This document shows, piece by piece, positions 13,223 through 24,655 of a stretch of 42,060 nucleotides of DNA. Each line of letters starts with the position of its first letter. Within the stretch, counting starts at the first letter, position 1. The notes under the pieces were generated by a model, which saw only the letters and a program-made list of their open reading frames with translations, was not told where the DNA came from and ran no database searches. Position numbers and translations under genes: made by a program. This stretch comes from Paraglomus brasilianum. Lineage: Eukaryota. The stretch is taken from assembly GCA_910592345.1 (NCBI GenBank), contig CAJVPI010000214.1, positions 1 to 42,060 on the forward strand, read 5' to 3'.

Positions 13223-13589
13223 CCAGGTAATCCTCAACAATGACATGGAGATTGTCTTAATTAGGTAAAGCACTGAACACATTTTCAATTTTTGCTTCAG
13301 ATTTCCAGAATGATGCCCACTGCTCATTGTCCATGTACGAATGCATTGCTTACTGGAATATCCAGGTTCTTTGCTGGGACATGGTCAAAACCTGGTTTAT
13401 TACCCTTTCTGAATACAGTAATATAGCGTGTTTTTTTCAAGGTTGACTTCAAAAGCCTTTGCAATGTCATTTACCAAAACCAGGCACAATTGTGTAATGG
13501 GACCTCTCTTAGCCTGTGGCAAATGTTTTGTCACCCTGTGTGGATGGATTACGTCTAGCAGACGTTGCTTTCCTCTTCTGGGAGGACAT
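13223..13589 (-). pseudogene. Crinkler (CRN) effector N-terminal domain relic
   Basis: Across frameshifts and stops it reads 'ITQLCLVLVNDIAKAFEVNLEKN...FDHVPAKNLDI...KIENVFSALPN*DNLHVIVED', followed by a GTAAGT donor. This matches the CRN ubiquitin-like header ending in HVxV. Confidence 0.7.
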
Positions 13590-14108
13590 GTTTGGAAGTA
13601 AAATATTCGCGTTTATTATTATTACTATTACGGGTCCATCGACATAATGATTTTAATCGTTGTTTTTTTCAGCCATTCCAGCCATTAATAAAAATGCTTA
13701 CTTATCGATAATAACCTTGGAGATCGAGCTTTTTCAAACGAGGCCTGGCAAAGCTTATTTCTATCGGGGAAACTATTATCTATTCTAAGTCATTATAGAC
13801 AATTAATTAGCAATCGTATTTGATAATCGATGAATCAGATCGATTATTCACTGATAGAGTAATTAACGTTTTCACGCTCTATCAGTGCGAATAAATTAAG
13901 AACACGCTGTTTATTAGAAAAAAATTGCGTTATAGAACGAGATTACATGTTGTTTGCTGGCGAAATTTAAGATTTTAACCTCCTAGCGTTCCATTAGCTA
14001 CATTCTAAAAAGAGTGAATAATAAATAAAACGCGCACCACAAAAGTTTAGCAATCTTGTCAATTTTGTTATTAATTTAAGATACGGTATGTAATGTAATA
14101 ACAATGTA

Positions 14109-14536
14109 CACATACTGGCCAAAAGTATTGGTCACTTACTAGTAAAACATAGTAAAAACCTTTAATTTTATCGTCCATGCGTACTATGCAAGTTGCAATG
14201 ATTTCTGCGCCGTTTTGAAGCTAATTGATTGTATTTTTCGAGAAAAAAAAAAAATCAGTGTGGGACTTAAATTATCTACTGTAATGAAGGAATAGTCCGA
14301 TGAAGTGGCGTATTTATCTTACACATATTAATATAATTTTCATATGTGTAACATGAATCACCACTTTATCAAACTGCAGCTTTAAAACAGGACTGAATAT
14401 GTCATTATTATTTTCGAAAAATACAATCAATTAGCTTCAAAACGGTGCAGAACTTGCATGGTACGCATGGACGATAAAATTAAAGGGGTTTACTATGTTT
14501 TACTAGTAAGTGACCAATACTTTTGGCCAGTATGTG
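14109..14536. mobile_element. Tc1-like non-autonomous element (MITE) with about 130-bp TIRs
   Basis: TA|CACATACTGGCCAAAAGTATTGGTCACTTACTAG... and ...CTAGTAAGTGACCAATACTTTTGGCCAGTATGTG|TA. TA target duplication, no coding capacity. Confidence 0.9.
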
Positions 14537-14775
14537 TACATTAATAAATAATGTATTTAAGTTATAATAATAGTCAAATAAATTAACTTCTTATAATCCA
14601 ATTAAGCTGCACTTGAACACCTATTAAATTAAACAGACTGTTTCTTTGTCCAAGGTTAAATACAATTAGTATATTTGTTCTTCGACTCTGGTTTCCAATA
14701 AAAATAACGATTCATCTAAATCAAACATGTTATACTTACTATCGCGGGTAACTTATACTATCGATTACATTAATC

Positions 14776-14862
14776 TGTTGTACCTCAGTTTGAAACAATT
14801 TCAGTCTAGAACTCAGCTGTCTCGGTCCAGAACTGAGACAGGTCCTAAACTGAGGTACAACA
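14776..14862. mobile_element. 87-bp mini-element with TGT...ACA termini and 4-bp TSD (Ginger-like MITE)
   Basis: Perfect 16-bp TIR TGTTGTACCTCAGTTT / AAACTGAGGTACAACA, with AATC on both flanks. Inner inverted repeat CTGTCTCGG / CTGAGACAG. Confidence 0.7.
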
Positions 14863-15136
14863 AATCCATCTCTGTCATCAACAAACTTAGCGGAGTGAAA
14901 TAAGAAGCTGCAAAAGACAAGCCGTGTTCTTCATAAACAAAGATGGCAAGACGCTGAATAAGAATAGGATTTAATTATCCAGAATAATGAAATAATTGTA
15001 GATGTCATAAATGATGTAAACAGTACGATGAGAATAAAGTTATTGTTGGATGATAATTCAATTTATTATTATTAATAAGAAAAGGGCAATCCCATTCAGC
15101 GCCTTTGCAAAATGATTTTTTCACACTTCGTTAGAT

Positions 15137-15498
15137 GGGAGGCATTCATTTCATCGACAGTACAGTTCGTCGACAGTCATTTCGCCGGCAGTACATTTCG
15201 CCGACAGTCATTTCGCCGACAGTAAATTTAATGCTTATATTTAATTTTGCTTTAATAATTATCATCACAATAGGAATTGTAACCAATAAGTGCCGTAAAT
15301 TTCCTATCCACTTTTCTAAATTACGTAGATACAGTCATATCTTTTTGACATCCTTACCTAATTTCATAATCCCGCGTTGTCTTTACAATCCTTATTATAA
15401 TAAGCAAATTAGCTGTCGGCGAAATGACTGTCGGTAAAATGATTGTCGGTAAAATGTGCTGTCGACGAACTGTATTGTCGATGAAATGAAGCAGGCTC
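15137..15498. mobile_element. Foldback-like element whose inverted arms are built from tandem 15-16-bp units
   Basis: The left arm has about 5 CATTTCGCCGACAGT-like units (15145-15225). The right arm has the reverse complements (about 15405-15490). Exact termini are uncertain. Confidence 0.75.
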
Positions 15499-15620
15499 AT
15501 TCAGTTGACAAGGCTCAGGTTATTTTCTAAGCTACGTGACACAGTCGCCCACCAAGCTACGTTGTCAGCAAGAGCGCTTAAAAGAATACTAATTTTTAAT
15601 ACTAACAATAAACTTGTATA

Positions 15621-16083
15621 CAGTGTGCTACGAAAAAAAGAAGCTTTTCGAATGCGTATATTTTATGCAATATAAATTATTTTGTTTTTTTGGGGGGGTT
15701 TTTTTTTTTTACATTTTGATGTAAACACTTACAGTTTTTTTTAAAACTGTCAAACAATTCAAATCTTTGTTTTGCTCAACCCTAGCTTTTTGCATCAGAT
15801 TTGATCACAAAATATCTCGATCAAGTTTGAATCCACAGTGCAAGTGGTCTAGCCAAAAAAGTATAACCAAAGATTGTGGAAGAATGAAATTCTATTTCTG
15901 ATAAAATGCAATTTAGTGGATCGATAAAATAAAAACGTACGCTAATTATGGAAATATTTGTGAAAAAAAAAAATTACTCTGGCAATAAAACCTCTGCTCA
16001 TAAGCTATTAAATAAAGTATAAAGCTCATTCATTACTCTAACCGTTGTAGCACAACAATCAATAGTTTTTTTTGGTAACACTG
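15621..16083. mobile_element. Degenerate Tc1/mariner deletion derivative
   Basis: TA|CAGTGTGCTACGAAAAAAA ... TTTTTTTGGTAACACTG|TA: imperfect TIRs with TA flanks. Confidence 0.55.
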
Positions 16084-16269
16084 TAAGGACCACTCCGCAA
16101 AGTTCATATTCCACAAGTGTTTAAACTTTGCCAGTAGTTTTTCCTCCTTGTACGTATTATATGTAAGTTATGTGTATTCATAAAACATTGTTGCAGGCAA
16201 TACTCTTTAAAGCATGAACGTTAACAATCCATAAAGATTTTAACAAAAAACTGTGCCTTACAAGTTTTA

Positions 16270-17075
16270 CAGTCCCCGGCGAAAAGAATGGCGTAGAAAT
16301 ACTGCGTCTTTTTTTAACCGTAACGTCACCATTTTCTGATTTTAGGCCATTTGCTTATATTACCAAATTGGATAATAAAGTGTTAATTTAAAATGTAATA
16401 GTAAACAACGATCTTTGTTATTGTTTATATTTCACTTTTACCTGCCAAGTCCTCTTGAAATACAACGAAACGCCGTTAAGTTGCTTTGGCAACAAAACGT
16501 GCGTAATACGAAAGAATTTTCCCAACAATTGGGAATTCCTTTACTATTACGCTCATGCGTACGATACGTTAGTATATTGAATAAAACTGACAATCTTTCT
16601 ATAAATTATTCACCCGGTCGTCCAAGAAAGTTGTCCCTCTAAAACGCCACCATATTGGAAAAATCTTGAAACACAACCATTTCACCACAGCAGGCGAAAA
16701 AAGATTATACACTTAAAGTCAGTGAACGTACATGCGTCGTGAGCTCAAAAATCTCGGTTATGTTTCTATTCTTCCAAGAAAAGTGCCTCTCTTGACCCAA
16801 AGAGCGAAGCTTGTGATTATTCACGTTACAATTGGAAGAAAGTTATTTTTTCCGATGAAACAACACTCCAGATGTTTAGCAACACCATCTGTACATGGCT
16901 CATGATTAGTGCTAATGGAAAGGTTGTAATTCACCGAAAATTTAGATCGTCATTTATATCGGAAAATCTTACAACGCGAATGCATTACATGGTCGTAACT
17001 GTTCCAACAAGATAACGATGAGTTCTTCCTTGGCCTTTATACAGCTCAGACTTGAATCCGATTGAAAATGTATGC
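16270..17075 (+). mobile_element. Tc1-family transposon relic with disrupted transposase
   Basis: TA|CAGTCCCCGGCGAAAAG left end. Fragments read 'SPGRPRKLS', 'RRELKNLGY...PRKVPLLT', 'WKKVIFSDET', 'FQQDND' and 'WPLYSSDLNPIENV', with several frameshifts. No right TIR seen. Confidence 0.9.
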
Positions 17076-20071
17076 CTTAAAAACAGTTAATAATAATAAA
17101 GTTTTTACATATCATCAAAAAAGGACTATGCCCTAGTGACGTTGTTAACTCAGAGGCTAAGTTTAGACAGCAAAATATGAAGCTAGCGGAAATTTTGGTA
17201 GCAGAAGAGGGGGCTGTTATCATAGAGTTAATGCTACCGTCCAATGCATTATCCTGGTCCGCGCAAAGTGCGTTTATAAGGCGAAACAATACCCACACTG
17301 AACATGGTATTAATGGTCAATTAAGAGATTAAGATCGTATGACAATGCAATAAGATAAAACTACAGTCCGATTATATGTGAGTATTAGAAAAGCCATCTT
17401 TTAATGTGTGAGACTTTATTTTCCAAGCTACACTATGTAAATTTAACATTAGCTATTGAAGCAAATAACATTTCTTAACATATTGCACGTAATTCGGGTT
17501 AATAGACTTTGTTTTCGGTTCTTTCTCAAGAATCTGAATATGAATTGCAACAATATACTGTATTTGATACAAACTTTTCTTAGTTTAATAAAACGAGATT
17601 CGATTGCATGTGACCCAAACTCATCGTTATAGTTTAGTTGCTTTAGTGGAATCTGCGCTATATTCCAGTTGACACTTTTCTCCTTTAAACTTATTTGCTG
17701 CTAGAAGTGAAATTGTGGCCAACCAATATGGTTTAAAACCCGCATTATTATGATAAAGTTGTAAAACACTTGATCTTCGATTAAGTCATAAGCTGAAGCT
17801 TAACATTAATTTTACAACAAGTCGTATCAAATGTAATCTTTGAACTTTCTTGTTTGATTGATTTCTCACAGACATCCAGTCACAAAGTTTCTCGAACAAG
17901 TATTATTATTATATATTGTTATTGAATTTTGGCCAAAGTGATTTCGGGAAAGCTTCCTATCAGAAAAGTCTACCTCCTATTTTGCTACGCATGCCTAAAA
18001 CTAATATTGGATATATTATAGTTTTCAAGTTCTGATTTTCCACGATCTAATGCTGAGTACCTAATTATTATTCCTTCATTAATAATCCGTCGTTGGGTTC
18101 GACAAATGATCAAATATGGCTAATAACCGAGTAGGACCTGTATATAAATAGAAACGTAGTCATTTGTATAACAATGAATTTGCTTGGGGTGATGCACGAT
18201 CATAATAAGATTGACATATGAAGGTTTGGCGAAATCGAAGATGATTGGATTTTGGGGATAGGACATTGAGATACATTTACAGTGTACTGAATACAATAGA
18301 GACAATTAAAGACTGCCGAGTGGGCGAAATGAGCACAAAAGAAGACGTTCGGATTCCAGTGTTCTTTTCTAACGCTACGGAAATGGCCAATCATCGGGAA
18401 AATACATGCCCAGAAATAATTAACGCTCAAGTTAATTAGTTGACGTTGCATAACGTTTGCTGATTGGTCGTTAATTTTCCGTAGCATTATTAGGTTAGAA
18501 TTATCAACAACAGACATCGATGTATTAATATAGTAATTATCGTTATTATTATGGTCAACCCTTATACACTAATGCATATGATTTATTGTTTAATTATAAT
18601 AGCAGTAGTAGCAACAGGACTAGGTGAACGCGGATCTCGAGACTAAAGGATATTAATATGGGTATAAATAAATGAGGTACAGCTTGTATACGTAATACAT
18701 TCAGATATGGGGGGTTATTTATTAATGTCTTGTCGATCATCAGTGCGATTAACCCAATTACGGTTGAGTGGAAAATGGTTAGCTTGTCAGTTTAAATCCC
18801 CATTTTTACATCAGGTTTGTTTTCAAAGCGAATAATAAAATAATGACCATGTCAAAGGAAAAGAGTCAGGAGGCCAATTGTGACCAAGCTAAACGAATAA
18901 GCAAAAGTATAAGGGGTGTATGTAGCGGGTAATAGTGGTTTTTTTCTTAACGACTTGGCTTGTACTCATGTGATAGATAAAACTTTTTAGCGGATTAAAC
19001 GCCTAATACCGATACTTACTAATTGATTAAAAAGTGGGACAGCACGTTCTTTTGGATGATGGGGCAGAGAAAGCGTGGGAATATGACCATACAAATATTT
19101 ATTACTGTAATATTTATATTATCAAATCTTATTATTAGATTACGTAATACAATGATATAATGTCAACCATTGGATATGAGTGAGAATTTTAATTACTATC
19201 TCGGATTACAATTACAAATAAACATTCAATTAGGTATGCGGACGGCGAGTGAAAAAATGAAACCTGACTTGTTTAACATGGCTATCACAATGCTATTGGT
19301 TCCGCTTTGATGAGTATCCGAGTTTAAGCATGTTATATTTAAAAAACACTTACAAAGGTTAAAATATCGACGGCACCATTTCATAACAGAATGTCTCTAT
19401 CAGGCAATTCCATGGATTATTCTGGACTTATGTTATTGTCCCAGATTTGCGTTATTATTGCTCCTAATAATCTTGTCACATCGGCATTGCGATTAGAAAT
19501 CGATACAATCGTAACATGGTTGCTCTTCTATCATCAGTAGATGCCGTTAGTACCAAAAGCTGGCATTTTTTGCTATTGTTGTATTAACTTTGTCATTAAT
19601 TAAAAATGCTCTCTGGATGCAAATTGGAAATGCGGATATCTATGCATGAACACAAAATCCAGGAAAGGATTTTCTAAAAGCTATTTTCAACAATAAAAGT
19701 GTTTGTCTCATTTACTAAAGTTTATTTTAACCATCAAGGACCTGCAGTGTGAATCAATCCCAAAATAGACCCAGCCATAGTCGCACTGTCGAATCTATTA
19801 GCCCCACGCGAGAGCAGTCGGACAACTCTAAACCAGCGGGGGAAATAACCATTACGGCAAGGCAGCCGATATCCACAATCAGTTTAACGACCTGTTACGA
19901 CTCCATTATCACCACCACCACCACCAACGTCATATATTTATCCTCTGTTATTTCAATCTAAACCCAACTCGTCCACGAGCGGCAAAACGGTAACATTAAA
20001 CAGGCCACAATGTAACACTATTGTCACATTCCGTCTCGATAAGTCGTCCTATTCCTTCCATCTCATTTCTC

Positions 20072-20078
20072 TATAAAA
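20072..20078 (+). promoter_or_regulatory. Candidate TATA box for the SAP-domain gene
   Basis: TATAAAA after a pyrimidine-rich tract. Downstream is a CT-rich leader with a plausible 5'UTR intron ending TTTTAG near 20923. Confidence 0.3.
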
Positions 20079-20320
20079 CACTAGCCGGCCAGCATAACAG
20101 TCCATCACTGTGCGTATCGTACTACTCTCCCTATCCTTCCCTTCTCTATCTCGCCATACCTCTCATTCCCTAAAGTCCCTTTACTTCGATAAAGGACAGA
20201 ACATTCTTTACTTCACTCCTCATTTTATATTCGTCACTCACTTACTATATATATTTGATGCTCTGTTGTTCATTATTTTAATACTTATACTGTTGGCTGA
20301 GTTTATCAGTAGTAGGTAAT

Positions 20321-20376
20321 TATACATATATACTTATATATATATATATATATACACACACAAATATATATATAAA
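20321..20376. repeat. (TA)n/(CA)n microsatellite
   Basis: Direct reading of tatatatatata...cacacaca...tatata. Confidence 0.8.
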
Positions 20377-21035
20377 TATTACACCCATTCCAATAACTTT
20401 CTCTCTTTATATTCACTGTCCGTTCTAACGCCTGTCTGTTTGTGGATATATTATTATTGGAATCCAACTAGAGTCCATAAAGTCCACTCGGCCCTCACTG
20501 CTGTCGATATTATACGACAGATACCTACACACACACTCTTTTTTGTATCTTCGGCATATCTCAAGTCATTTACTTTGCGACCTAGCAAACACGTCATTCC
20601 TACGAATAGAAGAGATAATAATACGGATAATAAGAATAAGTAATAGGAATCTTAGAAGTACTCCGACAAGTACGCTCACTGTCAACTAACTAGAAAGTGC
20701 CATCTGTACTGCTCCACATACCAACTGTCCCTTCGGTACATATCTTTTTCACATGTGTATATAGTTATTTCTCTGCCATCTTTTATTTGCCTTCAAAATA
20801 CCTGTTTCATTGATAATATAATCTGACCCTCATTTCCTTAAATAACTCTGTTCTATAAAACGATCTCCTATATTCCACACATGTTCAATACTTACTCTCT
20901 AATCTACCATCACTCAATTTTAGATTCACTCCTCAAAAGCCTTCCGAGTGCCTTTTTTAAAGTTTTCTGCGAAAACAACGACTACTCCCCGTTCATTTAA
21001 TACCATATTATTACGTTGTTACCGCTGTTACGCCA

Positions 21036-23291
21036 ATGTACTCCCAACGAAACCACTCTGAAAGTCTTCTCACTCAGCCATTTCATCCTCCGGCTGAGGA
21101 CCAGCTTGTCGACCAGGGGTTTATACAAGACCAACTGCAACAACAGCCGCCTTATAGCCAAGAGCAATTGGACGATATCAATTTCAACACGTCCCAGCTA
21201 ATGCTCTCTTCCAATGCCTTTGCTCTACAGTCATTGGATGGTAGTATGCCGCAGAGCGCTCTACCTGCTGAATGGCCACTTTACTCGGACGCATTAACTG
21301 GAATGGCTGATGTCAATGTTTATGATAGCGACTTGATGACTGATAATCCAATGATCGGCGACCCAGCCTGGCAGCTCATATCATCGCAACAGGCCTCTCA
21401 GCTCGCCGAATCGCCAGCTCAATCTCTTTCCAACAATGCGAACATGATCGTCAATGACCAACTACCTCGAGCTCAGACCCCAGGTCCGCATCCCAGGATG
21501 AACGCACCCCATTACTTGCACATGCGTCGTCGCAGTCTTTCAGCAGACAACATACATGCGCTGGCAAAATACCAGGCGACTCAGAGAAAGACCGTATTTG
21601 GGAATCAACAACAATCGGCATGCCAATTTGATCGTTCTCAGTTTGCACGGACTCAAACTGTAACCGAAGTTATTGAGACTGAGGATCAATTACAATCTCA
21701 TGGCATAAAATTGGAACCGCAAGCTGCCTTTCAACATGCTTCAGGCAATATGATCATCGATCCTCAGGTTACCAGCAATGGCAATTGTCAAGTTAACGAT
21801 AACGAACAGCAGCATTCATCTTCATCAAACCCTTCCACACCAGACGGCGAGCAAATCAAACACGCCCAAAAGCAGTCAGAATTTACAGCTAGGTTTAAAA
21901 TCAGATTGGATAAGAAGCCTCAGAGAATGCCTAATATTCATGCAAACCCAAACATCCTTTCCGCTACTACTCAATCAAAGATTACCATGTTGCCAGGTGT
22001 CATCAGCGCTCTATCCAGTGGAATGGAATTGGGATCTTCCATTTCTACTCCAAGTACTCCAACATTCTCACCTGATAACGGATCTCATGTAGACAACAAA
22101 CCGTCTGCTCCTCCTCGGCGTGGTCATACACGCAAGAGATCTCTCTCTGCGCCACAAGCGTTCAATCCCCAGGGGATATCCGGTGCTATGCCTCTTCAAA
22201 CTGTCCAGCCGTTCCCATTTAATGTCCCACAAACTCCTCGTAGACTCAATGCCCTGCCTATTCAAATCTCAAGGAGCCATAAACATAGTTACAACAGTAC
22301 ACCAATGTCGTCGGAAGAATATCAGAGAAAATTGGACGAAGAGTTGGAAAAGGTCGACTTTGAGGATATTACTGTAAGCGAATTGAAAGACATGTTACGT
22401 CAAAGGGGTAAACCCGCAACTGGAAAGAAGGCAGTTTTGATGCAAAGGTTGCAAGAAGAAATGACTCATCTGAAGGCTAAACAAATCCAACAGCAACAGA
22501 ATAAACAGAATCCACAGAATCCACAGAATCTGCAGCAGCAAACAGTCAAGCCTAAACCCCAACAGCTCGGGAACACTGGTAACATCAGCTTGACGAGTGG
22601 TCAATTCGGTCAAATGATTTCGTCCCCAACATCGCCATCTGGCATATCACTTCAGCATAGCCTGGGTAATCTCCATATTTCTAGCCCGCCCGCTCATTCT
22701 CGACGCTACAGCCCATACACTAGTGTTAGCATTCCCAATAGTCCTAGGATGCATCCGAACAGATCGTCTGCCGGATTCAACGGTGGAAGTTTCCCATTTG
22801 GAGCTAATGAAGACTGGCAGTTCAGTAACGCTGCTATTCCCAGTCCCGGCTTTGTAGGTCAAGCAAGTACGCCAATGGATGAACATGTTTTTATGCTTAT
22901 GATGGACAATCAACAGACATCGCCCCAGCAAGACTATTTTGGTCCACAAGAGCCATCCTCCGCTCCAGCTACTACCACAGAATTTGCCTATCAAACTCCA
23001 TCTTCAGCACCTGCCACTACTACGGAATTTGAAGGATTCCAACAGTCTGCGCAACCCGCACAAGCTGTCAACAGAGAATTCGTTAATCCTTTGTATGTGA
23101 ATATGGACGTGCCTATGGGTATGATGGGTGTTAATTATAATGGGGGAATGACTCAGGATGCTGATCAACCCCCAGCTTCGACCAATGCGATGAATGGAGT
23201 CTTGGCCTCTCAGGCGGGTTTGGGATTTGCGTTTGACCAGCAGCAAGCTATGTTGATGAAACCAGATGAGTCTTGGAATGCTTGGCCATAA
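21036..23291 (+). CDS. Intronless 751-aa SAP-domain protein, Q/S/P-rich, putative transcriptional co-regulator
   Basis: Long uninterrupted ORF. SAP motif 'FEDITVSELKDMLRQRGKPATGKKAVLMQRLQEE'; the remainder is low complexity. Confidence 0.85.
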   Translation: MYSQRNHSESLLTQPFHPPAEDQLVDQGFIQDQLQQQPPYSQEQLDDINFNTSQLMLSSNAFALQSLDGSMPQSALPAEWPLYSDALTGMADVNVYDSDLMTDNPMIGDPAWQLISSQQASQLAESPAQSLSNNANMIVNDQLPRAQTPGPHPRMNAPHYLHMRRRSLSADNIHALAKYQATQRKTVFGNQQQSACQFDRSQFARTQTVTEVIETEDQLQSHGIKLEPQAAFQHASGNMIIDPQVTSNGNCQVNDNEQQHSSSSNPSTPDGEQIKHAQKQSEFTARFKIRLDKKPQRMPNIHANPNILSATTQSKITMLPGVISALSSGMELGSSISTPSTPTFSPDNGSHVDNKPSAPPRRGHTRKRSLSAPQAFNPQGISGAMPLQTVQPFPFNVPQTPRRLNALPIQISRSHKHSYNSTPMSSEEYQRKLDEELEKVDFEDITVSELKDMLRQRGKPATGKKAVLMQRLQEEMTHLKAKQIQQQQNKQNPQNPQNLQQQTVKPKPQQLGNTGNISLTSGQFGQMISSPTSPSGISLQHSLGNLHISSPPAHSRRYSPYTSVSIPNSPRMHPNRSSAGFNGGSFPFGANEDWQFSNAAIPSPGFVGQASTPMDEHVFMLMMDNQQTSPQQDYFGPQEPSSAPATTTEFAYQTPSSAPATTTEFEGFQQSAQPAQAVNREFVNPLYVNMDVPMGMMGVNYNGGMTQDADQPPASTNAMNGVLASQAGLGFAFDQQQAMLMKPDESWNAWP

Positions 23292-24655
23292 AATCTCTTG
23301 CTTGTCTTTTCAATCCACAAGTTCTTCTTCCCCACCTTTCTCTTACCCCACCCCCACACTTTTGGTTCCTAATGAGGTCATCACATCACGCGCCTTTAAT
23401 GTGATCCTATATACACTTATTTAATACATTCTGCTACATGAGAATGTTAATGTTTGCTAAAAGTCTCACTATACATCTTACTATTTATACACAATGTCTT
23501 TATGTGTTTTTGCTAGTAATGGAAAAGTGAAATTAGCTTGGATACTTGCATATATGCAATTAATAATTGAGAAAATACAAAAAATAGATAGAGCAATATG
23601 AAGAAAAAAAAAAGCCAGCATGGAAAGGACGGCTGATATGACTTTATAAGGTTTCTAATATTATATACTATTTATATATATACATGGATATGATCATGAC
23701 ATGGCATGTACTATTTCAATTTATACTCGATTTTTGAATACTATCGAATCTCTTTTATTGTGAAGAAATTTGTTCGATTTGTGATTTGATTAAAAAAAAA
23801 AACAAAAAAAAAAGGAAGAACTTTGTTCTCCTCTTTATATCAGCCGAGGCTGGTATATTTTCCTTTCCAACTCGTTCGATTTAATTGTTGAATCGAAAAG
23901 TCCTATTTTGTCTCTCCTATAACGTTTGACCTTTTTCTTGTAGTATATTTTTTTTTTATCTTTTACTCCCCGATTTTGGCATAGACTTTTTTCATATCAT
24001 TTAAACTTCTTCCCTATCATTTTAACTAAAAAAGAAAAGTCCATTGTAGTTATGTCTAAAAATAGCGTGATATTATTGTTCTCTAAAAAGGATTTCTTAT
24101 TTCTTATTTCTTTTTCTTTTCTTCTCTGTTGGTACAAAAATACCATCTAAAATATATCCTAAAAGTCTTATTCCCCTAGTATTTTTTCCCTATCATTATT
24201 TTTTTTTCTGCCCAATTCTTACTCGCAATAAAATTTGACTATTTTCTTTTATTCTAATTCATACTGTGTGCAATAATTTAGACTGTATGACAATGGATGC
24301 AATTGAGCGTTGCGGTACAAGATTGGAATGAAATTGTAGTTACTGTTACCAGCGTCTAATAAAACGCTGAATTCGTTTCAATGTATTCGGTGAGATATTA
24401 AATGACCCAATTCTCGCCAGTTTCTCTGCACTCCACAATACGCACAAAAAATCCCTGCAGCTGATTTACATCTCGTCATGGCCGATCATATTAAGCTCTT
24501 TATTATTGTTGGTACACTCAATATTAATATGCAATGATACATAATTTGTCGTACATGCAAGCTCAAAGACCACCACATGTCAATTGATTACACATAGAAT
24601 TTTATTTCAAAAAACACATCGTCCGTCTTTAGCATGCAAAACAAAAGTTTATCGG

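Noticed and set aside
15135..15490. CRISPR-like array, and the 100-aa ORF over it
   Set aside because: No unique spacers and no cas genes. The units form inverted arms, and the ORF is a by-product of the repeat.
17077..18517. Short ORFs of 61-105 aa
   Set aside because: No recognisable motif or splice-consistent model; probably decayed repeats.
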